IMG/VR virus record: IMGVR_UViG_3300020577_007794
DNA from: a virus
Taxonomy: Duplodnaviria; Caudoviricetes
Length of the DNA: 64,000 nt
Strand: one strand, 5' to 3'
Shown: positions 9,801 through 19,089 of the stretch, piece by piece
Numbering within the stretch: position 1 is the stretch's first letter
How the letters are laid out: every line of letters starts with the position of its first letter
Notes under the pieces: generated by a model
The model's input: only the letters and a program-made list of their open reading frames with translations
The model's database searches: none
Told to the model about the DNA's origin: nothing
Made by a program: the position numbers and the translations under genes

Positions 9801-12800
9801 ATCAGAAGAAGAGTTCAATGAAGAATTGTTTTACGGAGATGAGGCTGTACGTCGAGGAAGATTCTTTGTCATTGGCAGTAGAACCCCATTCACTGGTGGT
9901 GCAGTAGAGTATTTAAGACCCAACTTCTATAGAAGAATGAAGGCTCACTGGACAGAAGCTAGCAACGTCCAGCTTTCTAATCCCAAATACTCATTCCTTC
10001 CAACAATAACAAACCCACTTGCACCAATAAACAGGCTTCTCCATTCTGATTGGCAGGAGGAGTTAACTGAAGAAGATAGGCCTTATATGACAGGCAATCA
10101 ACTTCATGAGTTCCTTAACAACCAGCATCCTGGAGTTTATTTTGAGAATGCTCCGGTCGGTGGAGACGGTAATATTGGTTATATCAGTTACGGGGCTGGC
10201 CTACCAACCACTGTAAAGGCGTTTAGAGGCCTTTCTGGGGGCTTTAGCGGGGCGGGGGGTCCTGGAGGACCTGATTCTGGTTTTGGTGGCTCTACGGGCT
10301 TCTCAGGGGGCAGTGGGGGCGGCTCTGGTGGCAATACCCTAGGTAATGCTTATTATGAGCCTGGCACTGCTAAAATCAAGATTGGTAACAGAAAAGATAT
10401 ACCAGTAGATGCCCTTGAGAGAGATGGACTTCTATCTTATCTAGGAAGTATGGGTGAGGAGGCTACCAGACACATGGGGCTGTATGGTGGTATTCTAAGA
10501 AACTCCCCACTCAAATATGAACATGAAGGTATAGAAGTACAGGACCCAGAAGTAGCCTTTTCTAATAAAAGACTGTTCTTTAGTGGAGAATTTGGTGAAC
10601 TTACTGGCCCTGTTGGTGAATTTTACAGAAGGTTTATCTCAGAAGAGCATCAGTCTTTTGATGCGTTTAACCCTCTCCCAAACAGAATGCCAAGCTGGGT
10701 GCCTCAAAGATTCAGAACTGGTGACCCGTATATGCGAGTCTCTCATGGTGAATTCAATCTCCCAGGCGATGCCTATGAGCGACTCCACCCATACACTAGA
10801 CCTTTAAAAGCTAGAGGCTCTATGATTGGTCTTGAAAAGGATGAGATTGTAGCTAAAATGCTTGACCCAGTTGGTGCATACGAATCCGAGTCAGCAGAAG
10901 ACATAATGGGTTATGGTACGGCTACGCACAAACGTATCATGAGACAGCTTAGCAAGACTGGGATGATGGTGGGTGCTGAAGTTGCTGGATACGATCCAGT
11001 GCATAATATTTCAGCTACAATCGAAACTGTTATGAGAGGGCAGTCTGGTCTTGAAGTTGTAGAAATTAAAACCAGAGGTAATGAAACATTTAACACAGAC
11101 CCTGAAAAGTACGTTGATCAGTTGATGTTTTACATGTACCTTACCGGTGCAAAGCAAGGAAAAATTGCTCACGTTAATCGTGACAACCCCAACCAAGTCA
11201 GATTTGCAACATACAAATATGATGAAAATAGGATGCAAGCTGTTTTTGAAAGGGTGGAAGAGGCAAGGGGTGAGATCAGGGAAATGGTAGAAAAGGGGAT
11301 AGTTTCCCCCTACGAAACCTACGATCTTCTTTCTAGAATTGAAATCTTAGCTAAGACAGCCCCAGACTCTCCTGAATTTAGGGAGTATGTACACCATGCG
11401 CAGACTAAGGGTGGCTTTGGTGGTATGGAACAGGTTCGATTTGAACGTGCTATAAAATCGGCTCAACTTCTTAGAGAAGACTTTAACATCTATCCGTATA
11501 GAAACGTACCTACTGAAACTCGTGCTGCTAGAGTTAGGGGATTTACGGATGAAGGTGAAATTGTCACCAATATGGGTGTCATTAAGCTCGCCGGTGTGAA
11601 GTGGGATAAACAAGCTTTTACCATGCAAGACCCTGAAGATCTTATGTCTCAGTATGGAATTGTAGCAGGAAAAAGCATAAACATCACCCTTCCACAAGGA
11701 GGTTTTAATCCTGAGGTTATGGAAGATGTTACTACGTCTGCTTTGGTGGGTAATGTAAATAGCCGATTGATTCATTCCCAATATGCAGACCCAGACTATG
11801 CCGATAAATCAGCCATGGGTTCCCTTGCTAGGCAGGACAAATTAAACAGTCTTTTAGAGAAACTCCTTCACTCAGATAATGTTATCAGCAATAAATGGCT
11901 GAGGGTGAGGAGTGGTCTTGAGCAGTTTGAGCGAGGTGAAGTTTTCGGCACTGAGAACCAATCTTATAGAGATCTTTGGGGCAATTATATAGAACCAACA
12001 TTCAATATGGTCGTCTCCAAGAACCCTATTACTGCTGCTCTTCAAGGCGGTATTGTTACCTCTTTCTTCGTTAAAGGAAGGGCGGCGAAGGGTAAAGCTG
12101 CTTTGATTGGTGGTGCAGTAGCAGGATTGATATCTACAGGTAGGTTGGCCTATCAAGCTGTGACTGGAGAGACCCAAGTACCCCATAGATACAGGGCTCA
12201 GACAGAATTTGATGAGTACTACGACCTATTAAATTACATAAAACAGGCATCTCTGGGGGCGTCTGCGCAAAATCATGTCTATAAAAAGGATAAAACAATG
12301 AAAGATCAATTGGATTATTCAAATGTAAGTAGAACAAGAGAACAGGTGGATGCCTTCGGGGTGCTGGCTCTAGAGGCAGAAAGAAAAGCTAGACAAACTA
12401 TGTATGGCTTCGATGTAGTGAAAGGCACGTTGCAGGACGCACTAGCTGCTATACCACGACGACATAGACAGATAGCTGAGTCTGTAATTGTTGACGGGAC
12501 ACAGAGTGAAAAAGCTAAGTTCTATAACCTCCTTCCAAATTCGGAAAGAAGAGTATTAGGTAAGTTTCTCGGTAAACCACAAAGCTCTCTACCAAGTAAG
12601 CCTAGTCTCAATAACTACTTCAAGAATCACTTCCTTCCTGACGCTGACTGGTTGGGTTGGCACCGAAATGTTGACTTAGAAGACATAAAGACAAGAGCCG
12701 CAGCTTTAGAGAAGATGAAGATTGATCAACCATCAAGATCAAGAGTCAGTAAGGCTAGAGCTTATACCAGAGACATCCCAGTACCCAAAATGCACTCGAG

Positions 12801-12975
12801 TTCCCACAGCAGTATTAGTGGTCTACTACAGAGACTTTCTGCTTCAGGGAACATTGGAAGTACCAGGTTCACAACCTCATACCTTCCGACAACAGAAAGT
12901 GCGGTGACTGTGAACATGAAGTTCATAGACCAAAATACCCAAAAAACAGATGAACAAATAACATCACTGCTCTGA
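6802..12975 (+). CDS. tape measure-like giant protein with internal PD-(D/E)XK and SNase-like domains
   Basis: 2057 aa after the chaperones; hydrophobic segments near both ends; Gly-rich linker; GTATH...VVEIKT...QLMFY nuclease motifs. Confidence 0.7.
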   Translation: MYHNEKGEGFTGKLATFATFAGITAIALGSAPTIGRSLGRIGVSLAKDIADNPSMFKSVLGHGSGLNESKHVFSDVFNFIADELPRLDNVIYSGNAHTTRMESMLDSLASHVDEASQDIFKSKRGEIGDALHSLVKGVEKDNIDKLMSDTLFNRFIESSQGVQFKFMDQKAATAGEKILKQRQELTQILSGALERAETARFTASRTSKQILNTDNNLNVVMDAVHSHVDQLESIGLRNHRWMGDQGLTRLTIGDITMGGDAHDAVTEYLKKIGVDHEYHGKAHQSLLGFMDELDFSTLGANAKSDLISKIHSLDSGLVMDKGGKVFSMAHPFNIAKATASRTLQNFQIPLVPGVFNIPGTLGKFMAPDLEGIKYLGKMGMQGELRRAGALSGLSEDAFGVAIGDRLIAFDGDTAKHINIKANFINTSASEHAKEFARSRGQDVEDLFGSFKDSVDDDGILKAAWNYVKKNDEHSHTFLQKTLFGRQNELFDLAYTDNGFTLVPKNNIGDAGVAAALHSVGKLSGLDSSAINPILMSRFLENGGVENLPGSALQDAYRQVFTHASAANVDSSAFLKQAADKLNFDSYGEYGSQIQELLKNSNDPAALLHAITTDSGNGSLLDNYSTISKNISPELSRAIAAVGENSDRLMQIGPNPSGLFDKLRDGVIGTDTLSSLHLQLQKGLVSETVRLSGINELTTLSGKSLNETLDILHTNSDPALRRAVAEKLGLKSSSDIGSIIDTLKEGLGSDTYGDIGRLVSPMADFESLFGMSNEPLVKAKIAEAARVDSVLAAYYSKNYESHSKIMEGLARGANVSEAVAKRFGLGGANFTPAEFDNVPKFYATIKTGDFGPVEPGFGFLNQLKDYASSINAGSFARGLVDPNEPMSHAGFVTNILMHMPQSVGNAVGLGLSSQEGLTVGRSVAGFAVKRVLPAFVALEIYKNYNADMHNMGMPGVDDMAGNAYANVGLAKARVFDALGLTGALKGLVGAVPGLDQYGHPKSEEEFNEELFYGDEAVRRGRFFVIGSRTPFTGGAVEYLRPNFYRRMKAHWTEASNVQLSNPKYSFLPTITNPLAPINRLLHSDWQEELTEEDRPYMTGNQLHEFLNNQHPGVYFENAPVGGDGNIGYISYGAGLPTTVKAFRGLSGGFSGAGGPGGPDSGFGGSTGFSGGSGGGSGGNTLGNAYYEPGTAKIKIGNRKDIPVDALERDGLLSYLGSMGEEATRHMGLYGGILRNSPLKYEHEGIEVQDPEVAFSNKRLFFSGEFGELTGPVGEFYRRFISEEHQSFDAFNPLPNRMPSWVPQRFRTGDPYMRVSHGEFNLPGDAYERLHPYTRPLKARGSMIGLEKDEIVAKMLDPVGAYESESAEDIMGYGTATHKRIMRQLSKTGMMVGAEVAGYDPVHNISATIETVMRGQSGLEVVEIKTRGNETFNTDPEKYVDQLMFYMYLTGAKQGKIAHVNRDNPNQVRFATYKYDENRMQAVFERVEEARGEIREMVEKGIVSPYETYDLLSRIEILAKTAPDSPEFREYVHHAQTKGGFGGMEQVRFERAIKSAQLLREDFNIYPYRNVPTETRAARVRGFTDEGEIVTNMGVIKLAGVKWDKQAFTMQDPEDLMSQYGIVAGKSINITLPQGGFNPEVMEDVTTSALVGNVNSRLIHSQYADPDYADKSAMGSLARQDKLNSLLEKLLHSDNVISNKWLRVRSGLEQFERGEVFGTENQSYRDLWGNYIEPTFNMVVSKNPITAALQGGIVTSFFVKGRAAKGKAALIGGAVAGLISTGRLAYQAVTGETQVPHRYRAQTEFDEYYDLLNYIKQASLGASAQNHVYKKDKTMKDQLDYSNVSRTREQVDAFGVLALEAERKARQTMYGFDVVKGTLQDALAAIPRRHRQIAESVIVDGTQSEKAKFYNLLPNSERRVLGKFLGKPQSSLPSKPSLNNYFKNHFLPDADWLGWHRNVDLEDIKTRAAALEKMKIDQPSRSRVSKARAYTRDIPVPKMHSSSHSSISGLLQRLSASGNIGSTRFTTSYLPTTESAVTVNMKFIDQNTQKTDEQITSLL

Positions 12976-13049
12976 CGAGCAAACCATGCCTATGATATAT
13001 ATAGATACAACTAATTTTAATCAGCACAAAATTAAGTTAAGAAAAGCCT

Positions 13050-14192
13050 ATGTTAAATATTAAAACACCTAACCAATTTTTAGATCTAGCACTACAAAAC
13101 GGTATCCCCGATACCTTAGCTCATGATATTTATCAGAGAAAAGCTGCTAGCAAAACAGTAGATGACGTTCTAGCCAATGCAGTGCTTACAGGTTACTTCG
13201 ACAATATTGCTGAAGCAAGAAAGGCATATGCTTTAGTTTGGCGAGATTGGGTCCTACTAACAAAGTCTTCTGCTATTATGGAGGCTGGAAGTATCAAGAC
13301 ATCTTCTAGTTCCCAATCTTATATGGTTGCTGTCGAACCTGACAAGGAAAGTATTCTTGAAAGAGCTTACTCTGCATTAGAATCAATGATCGGCCCTTGT
13401 GGAACCACAGCTAAATCAAAGACAACTGCCAACAATAAGATTATTCTGGCATCAGACTTTCATTTACCATTTCTGCACAAGCCAACCCTTAATGCAATAA
13501 TGGCCTCGGATTCTGACCACTTAATCATAGCTGGTGACTTTATGGATATGTACTCTGCTTCGTCTCACAGACCAAGTATTGACTATCTAACAGCTACGGA
13601 AGAGATAGCTATTGCCAGAGCTACTCTTGAAATGTTGGCTAAGAAATTTAAGACTATCAAAATGATTTCAGGTAACCACGAGAATAGAGTTGTGAAAAAG
13701 ATTCAAAATCTTGCTCCACAACTTCAGCCTCTAGTTATCCACCCATTAAAGTTGATTAGCTACGGATTGGATAATGTTTCAGTTGAAAATCTAACAATCC
13801 CTAATACAGCACCTATGTCAGCTTTTGCAACAGACATTGACCTAGACTTCGCAATGGTTGAAAGCAATATGTTGGTGGGTCACTTTGAGGAGTTCTGTGG
13901 TGATGATGCCCCAGTTAAGTTGGAAGAGTGGTTGAATAAATTCTCTCACAAGCTTCCGTTTAAGGTATCTGACATCAAAGCAGTTTTTCAAGCGCATACA
14001 CATAGGCTAAATATGCGATACACCGCAACTGGTAGATTGCTGATTTCTACAGGTTGTGCTTGCGGAGTTCAGGAGTATGTGTGGAGACAGCATAGCAAGT
14101 ATTCTCCACCTACTCCAGGCTTCGTGGAACTTTTTTACGATGAAAAGGGAAATATTGACTTCCCCCAGACAAAACTAGTATATACAGGCTAA
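13050..14192 (+). CDS. calcineurin-like metallophosphoesterase
   Basis: SDFH, AGDFMD, GNHE, GH and AHTH motifs in canonical order. Confidence 0.85.
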   Translation: MLNIKTPNQFLDLALQNGIPDTLAHDIYQRKAASKTVDDVLANAVLTGYFDNIAEARKAYALVWRDWVLLTKSSAIMEAGSIKTSSSSQSYMVAVEPDKESILERAYSALESMIGPCGTTAKSKTTANNKIILASDFHLPFLHKPTLNAIMASDSDHLIIAGDFMDMYSASSHRPSIDYLTATEEIAIARATLEMLAKKFKTIKMISGNHENRVVKKIQNLAPQLQPLVIHPLKLISYGLDNVSVENLTIPNTAPMSAFATDIDLDFAMVESNMLVGHFEEFCGDDAPVKLEEWLNKFSHKLPFKVSDIKAVFQAHTHRLNMRYTATGRLLISTGCACGVQEYVWRQHSKYSPPTPGFVELFYDEKGNIDFPQTKLVYTG

Positions 14193-14503
14193 TGGAATCT
14201 ATAAGACAAGCACAGAAAGTGATTACCCCTGGAGAGAAATCTTCAGGGTATAATCGAAAATTCAACAACAGGTATGGTAGGTTGGATCAAAAGATCCCAG
14301 AATCAATAACAGAGAAAGCTATTTTGGACTCAATCGAACAAGATTTTAAGGACGGAAAGATCACAGAGAATGTGTATCTAAGAAAAAAGATTCTAGCCCA
14401 GGGAAAGGTTGCCAGCCTTTTATGGATTGCAACCACCAACAATATGGGGAAGAGCCCATATCCTAAACTATCTGGGAGACCAGTAAGGAATAGATCGCGC
14501 TAA
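14192..14503 (+). CDS. small basic hypothetical protein
   Basis: 103 aa, TAATG-coupled to the phosphoesterase, followed by a terminator. Confidence 0.7.
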   Translation: MESIRQAQKVITPGEKSSGYNRKFNNRYGRLDQKIPESITEKAILDSIEQDFKDGKITENVYLRKKILAQGKVASLLWIATTNNMGKSPYPKLSGRPVRNRSR

Positions 14504-14533
14504 GTTTGCTCCTGTGTTATTGTTGTTCATGGT

Positions 14534-14559
14534 AAGGCCACCTTCGGGTGGCCTTTTTT
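14534..14559 (+). terminator. rho-independent terminator with C(UUCG)G loop
   Basis: AAGGCCACC-TTCG-GGTGGCCTT followed by a T run. Confidence 0.92.
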
Positions 14560-14564
14560 CGTAG

Positions 14565-14573
14565 CTCTATTTG
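14565..14573 (+). promoter_or_regulatory. CTCTATTTG motif copy 2
   Basis: Immediately after the terminator and 10 nt before GTG 14584. Confidence 0.65.
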
Positions 14574-14583
14574 ATAGAAAATA

Positions 14584-17500
14584 GTGGCTAGACTGGATAG
14601 AATAACCAATCTGCCTACCGAACCAGGCGATACGGTTCGAGATAAGAAAACTAAGACCGATTACATAGTCCAGTCTATAGTCCCCTATGTTGTGGGTGGA
14701 GCTAGCTTATACTACCTACTTAACGCCTATACCGGCAAATTAGAACAAGTTATAGCTAATGATTTAAAAGACAGAGACTTTCAACCAACAAGAAAGAATG
14801 TGGAGAGAATGACCCCAGAACAGGTCAGAGAATCTAGATTAGATACGTTGGTACGTGGAATGAAAGGCAACGAAGATCTTCTTCGGAAACTAGAAACACC
14901 AGAAGGCTCAGTATTTCGGGACCTGCTTCTTCTCATAGATGATATGGATGATAGTCAGGTTAAAGAGAAGTTTAGAAAATTTGGAGAAACCTTAGTTAGT
15001 GTAACTGACAGGGTGTATAACTCTACCGAGATTCTCGAGTTGATGCAGCAATCACTTGGGGACTCGGCTTCTTTTTATGGACATGAGTACCTTTCAGATT
15101 TAGCAGAAGAACTCAGTGAATACACTTCTGCAAGAACAGGCACTAATAAACTTTCTACTTACGCTGTTCCAAGATTCAACGCAACCAGAGATATTGCCGG
15201 ATTTGAAAAAGTCAACGGTAAACAGGGTTTTGTAGATAGGGCACTTCAGTACTCACTCAGTAAAAGTGAGAGATCCCTTTCTTCAAGAAAAGAGTTTGTA
15301 AATACAGTAAGACAGACTGTTTTTAATAGAGAAGGTTTCTCTTCCCCAGCTATCAGAAGATCAGCTGGAATGAACGAACTGTTTGATAATATTACCGACC
15401 CATATTCCAGAGTTGCTAAAATGGTAGCTGCGTCTCTTGGGGGGAAAGCTACTGAAGAGACCAGAATTGTAAGGAACATCACCAATAAAATTCTGAATGG
15501 GGACGAAGCTTTAACTGCTGCCCTTATTGACTCAGATATAAACGGTATCTTCTCTAATCTCTATCGTCAAACAACATTTAGAACTAGAGCTGGATTAGCT
15601 AATAAACTCTCAGCTAGAAGAACATCTAGCGCGGCCAGGAGAGCTAGACCTACAAAAAGATTAAATGTATCAAGTCTTTTGAAGGGTATGGACAGAGTTG
15701 GGGATACTGAGAAGTACATATCTATAAGCAAGAGTTCATTAATAAATGATGTTATAGGCTCAAAAAGTGTATCTGTAAATTCTTCTAAAGGTATTGTTGG
15801 GACCCTTAGACAAGACGCAGTTCGCAAGAAAATGGAATCTCTTCCAGAGGTTATTACAATGCCAGCCTCTGTGTTAAGAAAACAGGTGGATTCTAACATT
15901 GTCTCCATTGAAGAGATAGAACTGGCACATAACCAAACACCACAACAAATAAGCAGAGAACTTCGTGGAAAGATGGGTGGAAGAGGTGCTGCGGTTGGAT
16001 ATGCTGGGGCGTTTAACCACAATGCGAAGGCTGCATTTTTCGAGGTCAATGATAAAAAATTTGACACACTAGAAAAGGCTAGAACCAACCTCCTTCCAGA
16101 TCAGAGCATCTATAGTATAAAGGCTTTCAACAAAATGGGGAATGAAATACCTCTTTTCCCCCAGGTAATAAAAGTTGAAACTGATATGGACTTGGTAAAT
16201 GAAAGCTACCACCAAGCCAAAGATGAATCAAGGCTGGCTTATTATACTATACAAAATTCTTCTGGAGAGAAAAGTGTTAATCTAATTGGTTCGTCAATGA
16301 ATGTTTCTATTGATGACCAGATTGACAGAGCCTTCGCAGCTGCTAATACCAGAGGTAGAAGTTCCCTATCTTTGGATATTGAAAACAACCCAGAAACAGG
16401 TGCTATCACAGAGATAGGCGTAAGCTTTAGAGATACCGAAGGTGGTTACAAACCTCACTTCAATTTTGTGGCTGGGAATGGAGAATCTGAATCTAATGCT
16501 ATTCTAAGACTTGTAGGTAGATTGGAAAATGCTGATTATGTCGGCACTATGACAGCCCATGACTTCAGTACACTAGCTTCTAGAGCCATGGCCTTATCCA
16601 AAACCTCACAGAGCCCAACAATGCAGAAGAACTTGGAGGCGGCATACTATAAGCTTCTAGAAATTGAGCAAAAAGCTGGGTATGACTTTACTGTAGGTTT
16701 GACAGCTGCTGGGCAGTTTGGGGATACCCCCTTGACACTTGGTAACATAAGCCAGGATTACCTTTCCCCCAAAATCCTAGGCAGGGCTGAAACTCATACT
16801 GCTATGCAAGATAGTATGGACGCTCTTGAAATCCAAGATAAAATACGGGTTGGAGAGCTTCAAGCAAGCAAAGCAGAACTCGGAACAATCTTCCAAGTAA
16901 GATCAACCAGAGTTAATAGAGACGGTTCTTTTGGGAGATTGACAGGCTTCGAAAGACGTGGTGAAGGAAGTTCAGCCTTATTTGAAGAAATGGTTTTCAA
17001 TGAAGGCCGATTTACCACAACTGGTTCTTTATTTGAGCTTCAAGCTGACGGTACTTCACAGCTTGGTGCTGCTATGCGTGGCCTCATTCCAGTAGGTCAT
17101 GGGGAAGCTGTTGCCCCCAATGTTGATATAAATGAAATGGTTCAATTCACTTCCAGGAGAATGGAAGAAAGAGGTTCCAGAATTATTAGAGGCATCAACC
17201 CGCTTAACACGTCCTATTACGATGCTACAACTAGATTTGGAATTGAAGGTGGAAATCTTTTTGGTCTACACGAACTTTCAGTGGTTCAACAAACCAGAAG
17301 TCTTTTAGGCAGCGAGAAGGCTCAGGAAATTCTTAAAAATGTTGGAAGTATGCAGTTTGATCAGATAGAAGAAGCTGCTAGAGACTTGGCATCAACTGTT
17401 CAACTTGGAGATGACGCATCCAAACCTGGATACCAGGCAAGACTTGTAGAGAGTGTGACAAATGCTTTTACGGATGCACAGTACCGACAATCCTTGACTA

Positions 17501-19089
17501 AATCTTCCCTAACTGATCTTCTTGACTCAGCTGCTGGTAAGTCTTTAGTTGGGATGGCAGAAAAAGGAATAGATGGAAACTTTATTGAACAGTACGCTGC
17601 TCCTGCGTTGAGCCTTTCCTTTATGGGAGAAGTTGCCGGTATTCAGGCACCAACATCGTTTGTTTCCGACCCGAGACTGCGACTTCAAACCTTTGACAGA
17701 TCGGGACCTTTCCAAGGTGCAGTGACAAACGTTCTTGGCTACAATACTACTGAAAGAGAGGTAGAAAACTCTGTCAAGAGTTTGATAGGTCAAACTATGC
17801 TAGCTACCACTTCCAGCAAAGCCCCTGGAGCGGGTGCCTTTATAGAGAATGCAATCGGCCCAGAGGGACTGAACAAAGTAATTGAAAGTGTTTCCTTACT
17901 GAGACAATCAAAAGAGATCAAGGATGACATCCATGCACTCGATGCCCTCTCTACCACACTTTATAGTGACCCCTCTATAAAAAGGTTAGCTGATGCTATA
18001 GATGAATCGGATTTCTTCCACGGAAACATTAAAGAACAGCTTCTTCGTAGAAATGATCTTCTAAGAGAACACAAAGATGCACTAGGTGTTCATGATGTAG
18101 ATATTATTACTGAACGATTTAAAAACATAGTAGAAGAGGAGTTTGCTAAAACTAGTTCTGCATCTTCTGCAACTGCCGCATCTATAAAGAGAGCACAAAA
18201 TCAACTAGGTGATGCCGCACACACTCTATTCTCTGACGTAACACCTGACTCCTTAGATTTTAATGCCATCTCTAAATTAGGTTCAGAGAAGGTTGATGAA
18301 TTAACAAATGATGCACTGAGAAGAATACATGAAATGACCACTCAAGGTACAGGTGGTTCGGATGTATTGCAACATATTTTTGATAAAACAGGTGAACTGA
18401 GAAATGTATACTTTAAGTCTGGTTTATCGCCAAGAGATCAAGCCATAGCCTTAAATGCATTTGTTAAAGAATCTGAAGAAGTCGTTAAATTGGGTTCTCA
18501 GACAACTAACCCTATTGAACTGGTTCATTCAGTGTTCTTGAAGTACCAGAATGCTGCTCAAACAGCAAAAGCTTCCGCCCCAACGTTGACTGAAATGCAA
18601 AGCACTATAGTCAACCAAGCTACCTCACTTGCAGCTAATGCTTCTGAGGATATATCGTTGAAGGAAGTACAACATACTGTTCTTCTTGGCAACAAGATTG
18701 CCAGTGAAATGGAACTCAAAAAAGTTACGGTACCTCTACTAGCTGTAGGAGGTTTGTTAGCTCTTATTGCAGGAAGCAGCAGACCTAAAGAGGAGTATAG
18801 TGGTGGATACGCCAGCAAACAGTCTCCAGGGGTCATAGCGGCCCATTCAGAGATACCCGGCACTGGATCTGGTACCAGAGTCTTTATGGGTCAGGAAGCC
18901 CCCTTCCAAACAACAGTGAATATGACATCCTATGTTCAGTCTGAAAGAGAGAAACAAGCTATACAAACCAAAGTGTACGATATGATTACTGGAACAGCTA
19001 GACCAGTTCAAGTACGAGTAGACAATAAAGACTTTAGAAAGAATGATCACAGAGAAACAGCTATGGAGCAACTAAGACAGGCATTGTAA
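14584..19089 (+). CDS. giant virion/ejection-like protein with embedded DEDDh exonuclease domain
   Basis: 1501 aa, mostly helical-looking; LSLDIE, VGTMTAHDF and HTAMQD motifs; C-terminal hydrophobic helix VPLLAVGGLLALIAG. Confidence 0.6.
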   Translation: MARLDRITNLPTEPGDTVRDKKTKTDYIVQSIVPYVVGGASLYYLLNAYTGKLEQVIANDLKDRDFQPTRKNVERMTPEQVRESRLDTLVRGMKGNEDLLRKLETPEGSVFRDLLLLIDDMDDSQVKEKFRKFGETLVSVTDRVYNSTEILELMQQSLGDSASFYGHEYLSDLAEELSEYTSARTGTNKLSTYAVPRFNATRDIAGFEKVNGKQGFVDRALQYSLSKSERSLSSRKEFVNTVRQTVFNREGFSSPAIRRSAGMNELFDNITDPYSRVAKMVAASLGGKATEETRIVRNITNKILNGDEALTAALIDSDINGIFSNLYRQTTFRTRAGLANKLSARRTSSAARRARPTKRLNVSSLLKGMDRVGDTEKYISISKSSLINDVIGSKSVSVNSSKGIVGTLRQDAVRKKMESLPEVITMPASVLRKQVDSNIVSIEEIELAHNQTPQQISRELRGKMGGRGAAVGYAGAFNHNAKAAFFEVNDKKFDTLEKARTNLLPDQSIYSIKAFNKMGNEIPLFPQVIKVETDMDLVNESYHQAKDESRLAYYTIQNSSGEKSVNLIGSSMNVSIDDQIDRAFAAANTRGRSSLSLDIENNPETGAITEIGVSFRDTEGGYKPHFNFVAGNGESESNAILRLVGRLENADYVGTMTAHDFSTLASRAMALSKTSQSPTMQKNLEAAYYKLLEIEQKAGYDFTVGLTAAGQFGDTPLTLGNISQDYLSPKILGRAETHTAMQDSMDALEIQDKIRVGELQASKAELGTIFQVRSTRVNRDGSFGRLTGFERRGEGSSALFEEMVFNEGRFTTTGSLFELQADGTSQLGAAMRGLIPVGHGEAVAPNVDINEMVQFTSRRMEERGSRIIRGINPLNTSYYDATTRFGIEGGNLFGLHELSVVQQTRSLLGSEKAQEILKNVGSMQFDQIEEAARDLASTVQLGDDASKPGYQARLVESVTNAFTDAQYRQSLTKSSLTDLLDSAAGKSLVGMAEKGIDGNFIEQYAAPALSLSFMGEVAGIQAPTSFVSDPRLRLQTFDRSGPFQGAVTNVLGYNTTEREVENSVKSLIGQTMLATTSSKAPGAGAFIENAIGPEGLNKVIESVSLLRQSKEIKDDIHALDALSTTLYSDPSIKRLADAIDESDFFHGNIKEQLLRRNDLLREHKDALGVHDVDIITERFKNIVEEEFAKTSSASSATAASIKRAQNQLGDAAHTLFSDVTPDSLDFNAISKLGSEKVDELTNDALRRIHEMTTQGTGGSDVLQHIFDKTGELRNVYFKSGLSPRDQAIALNAFVKESEEVVKLGSQTTNPIELVHSVFLKYQNAAQTAKASAPTLTEMQSTIVNQATSLAANASEDISLKEVQHTVLLGNKIASEMELKKVTVPLLAVGGLLALIAGSSRPKEEYSGGYASKQSPGVIAAHSEIPGTGSGTRVFMGQEAPFQTTVNMTSYVQSEREKQAIQTKVYDMITGTARPVQVRVDNKDFRKNDHRETAMEQLRQAL

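Noticed and set aside
10800-11280. CRISPR-Cas system suggested by the Cas4-like domain
   Set aside because: No repeat-spacer array or other cas genes seen, and no Fe-S cysteines
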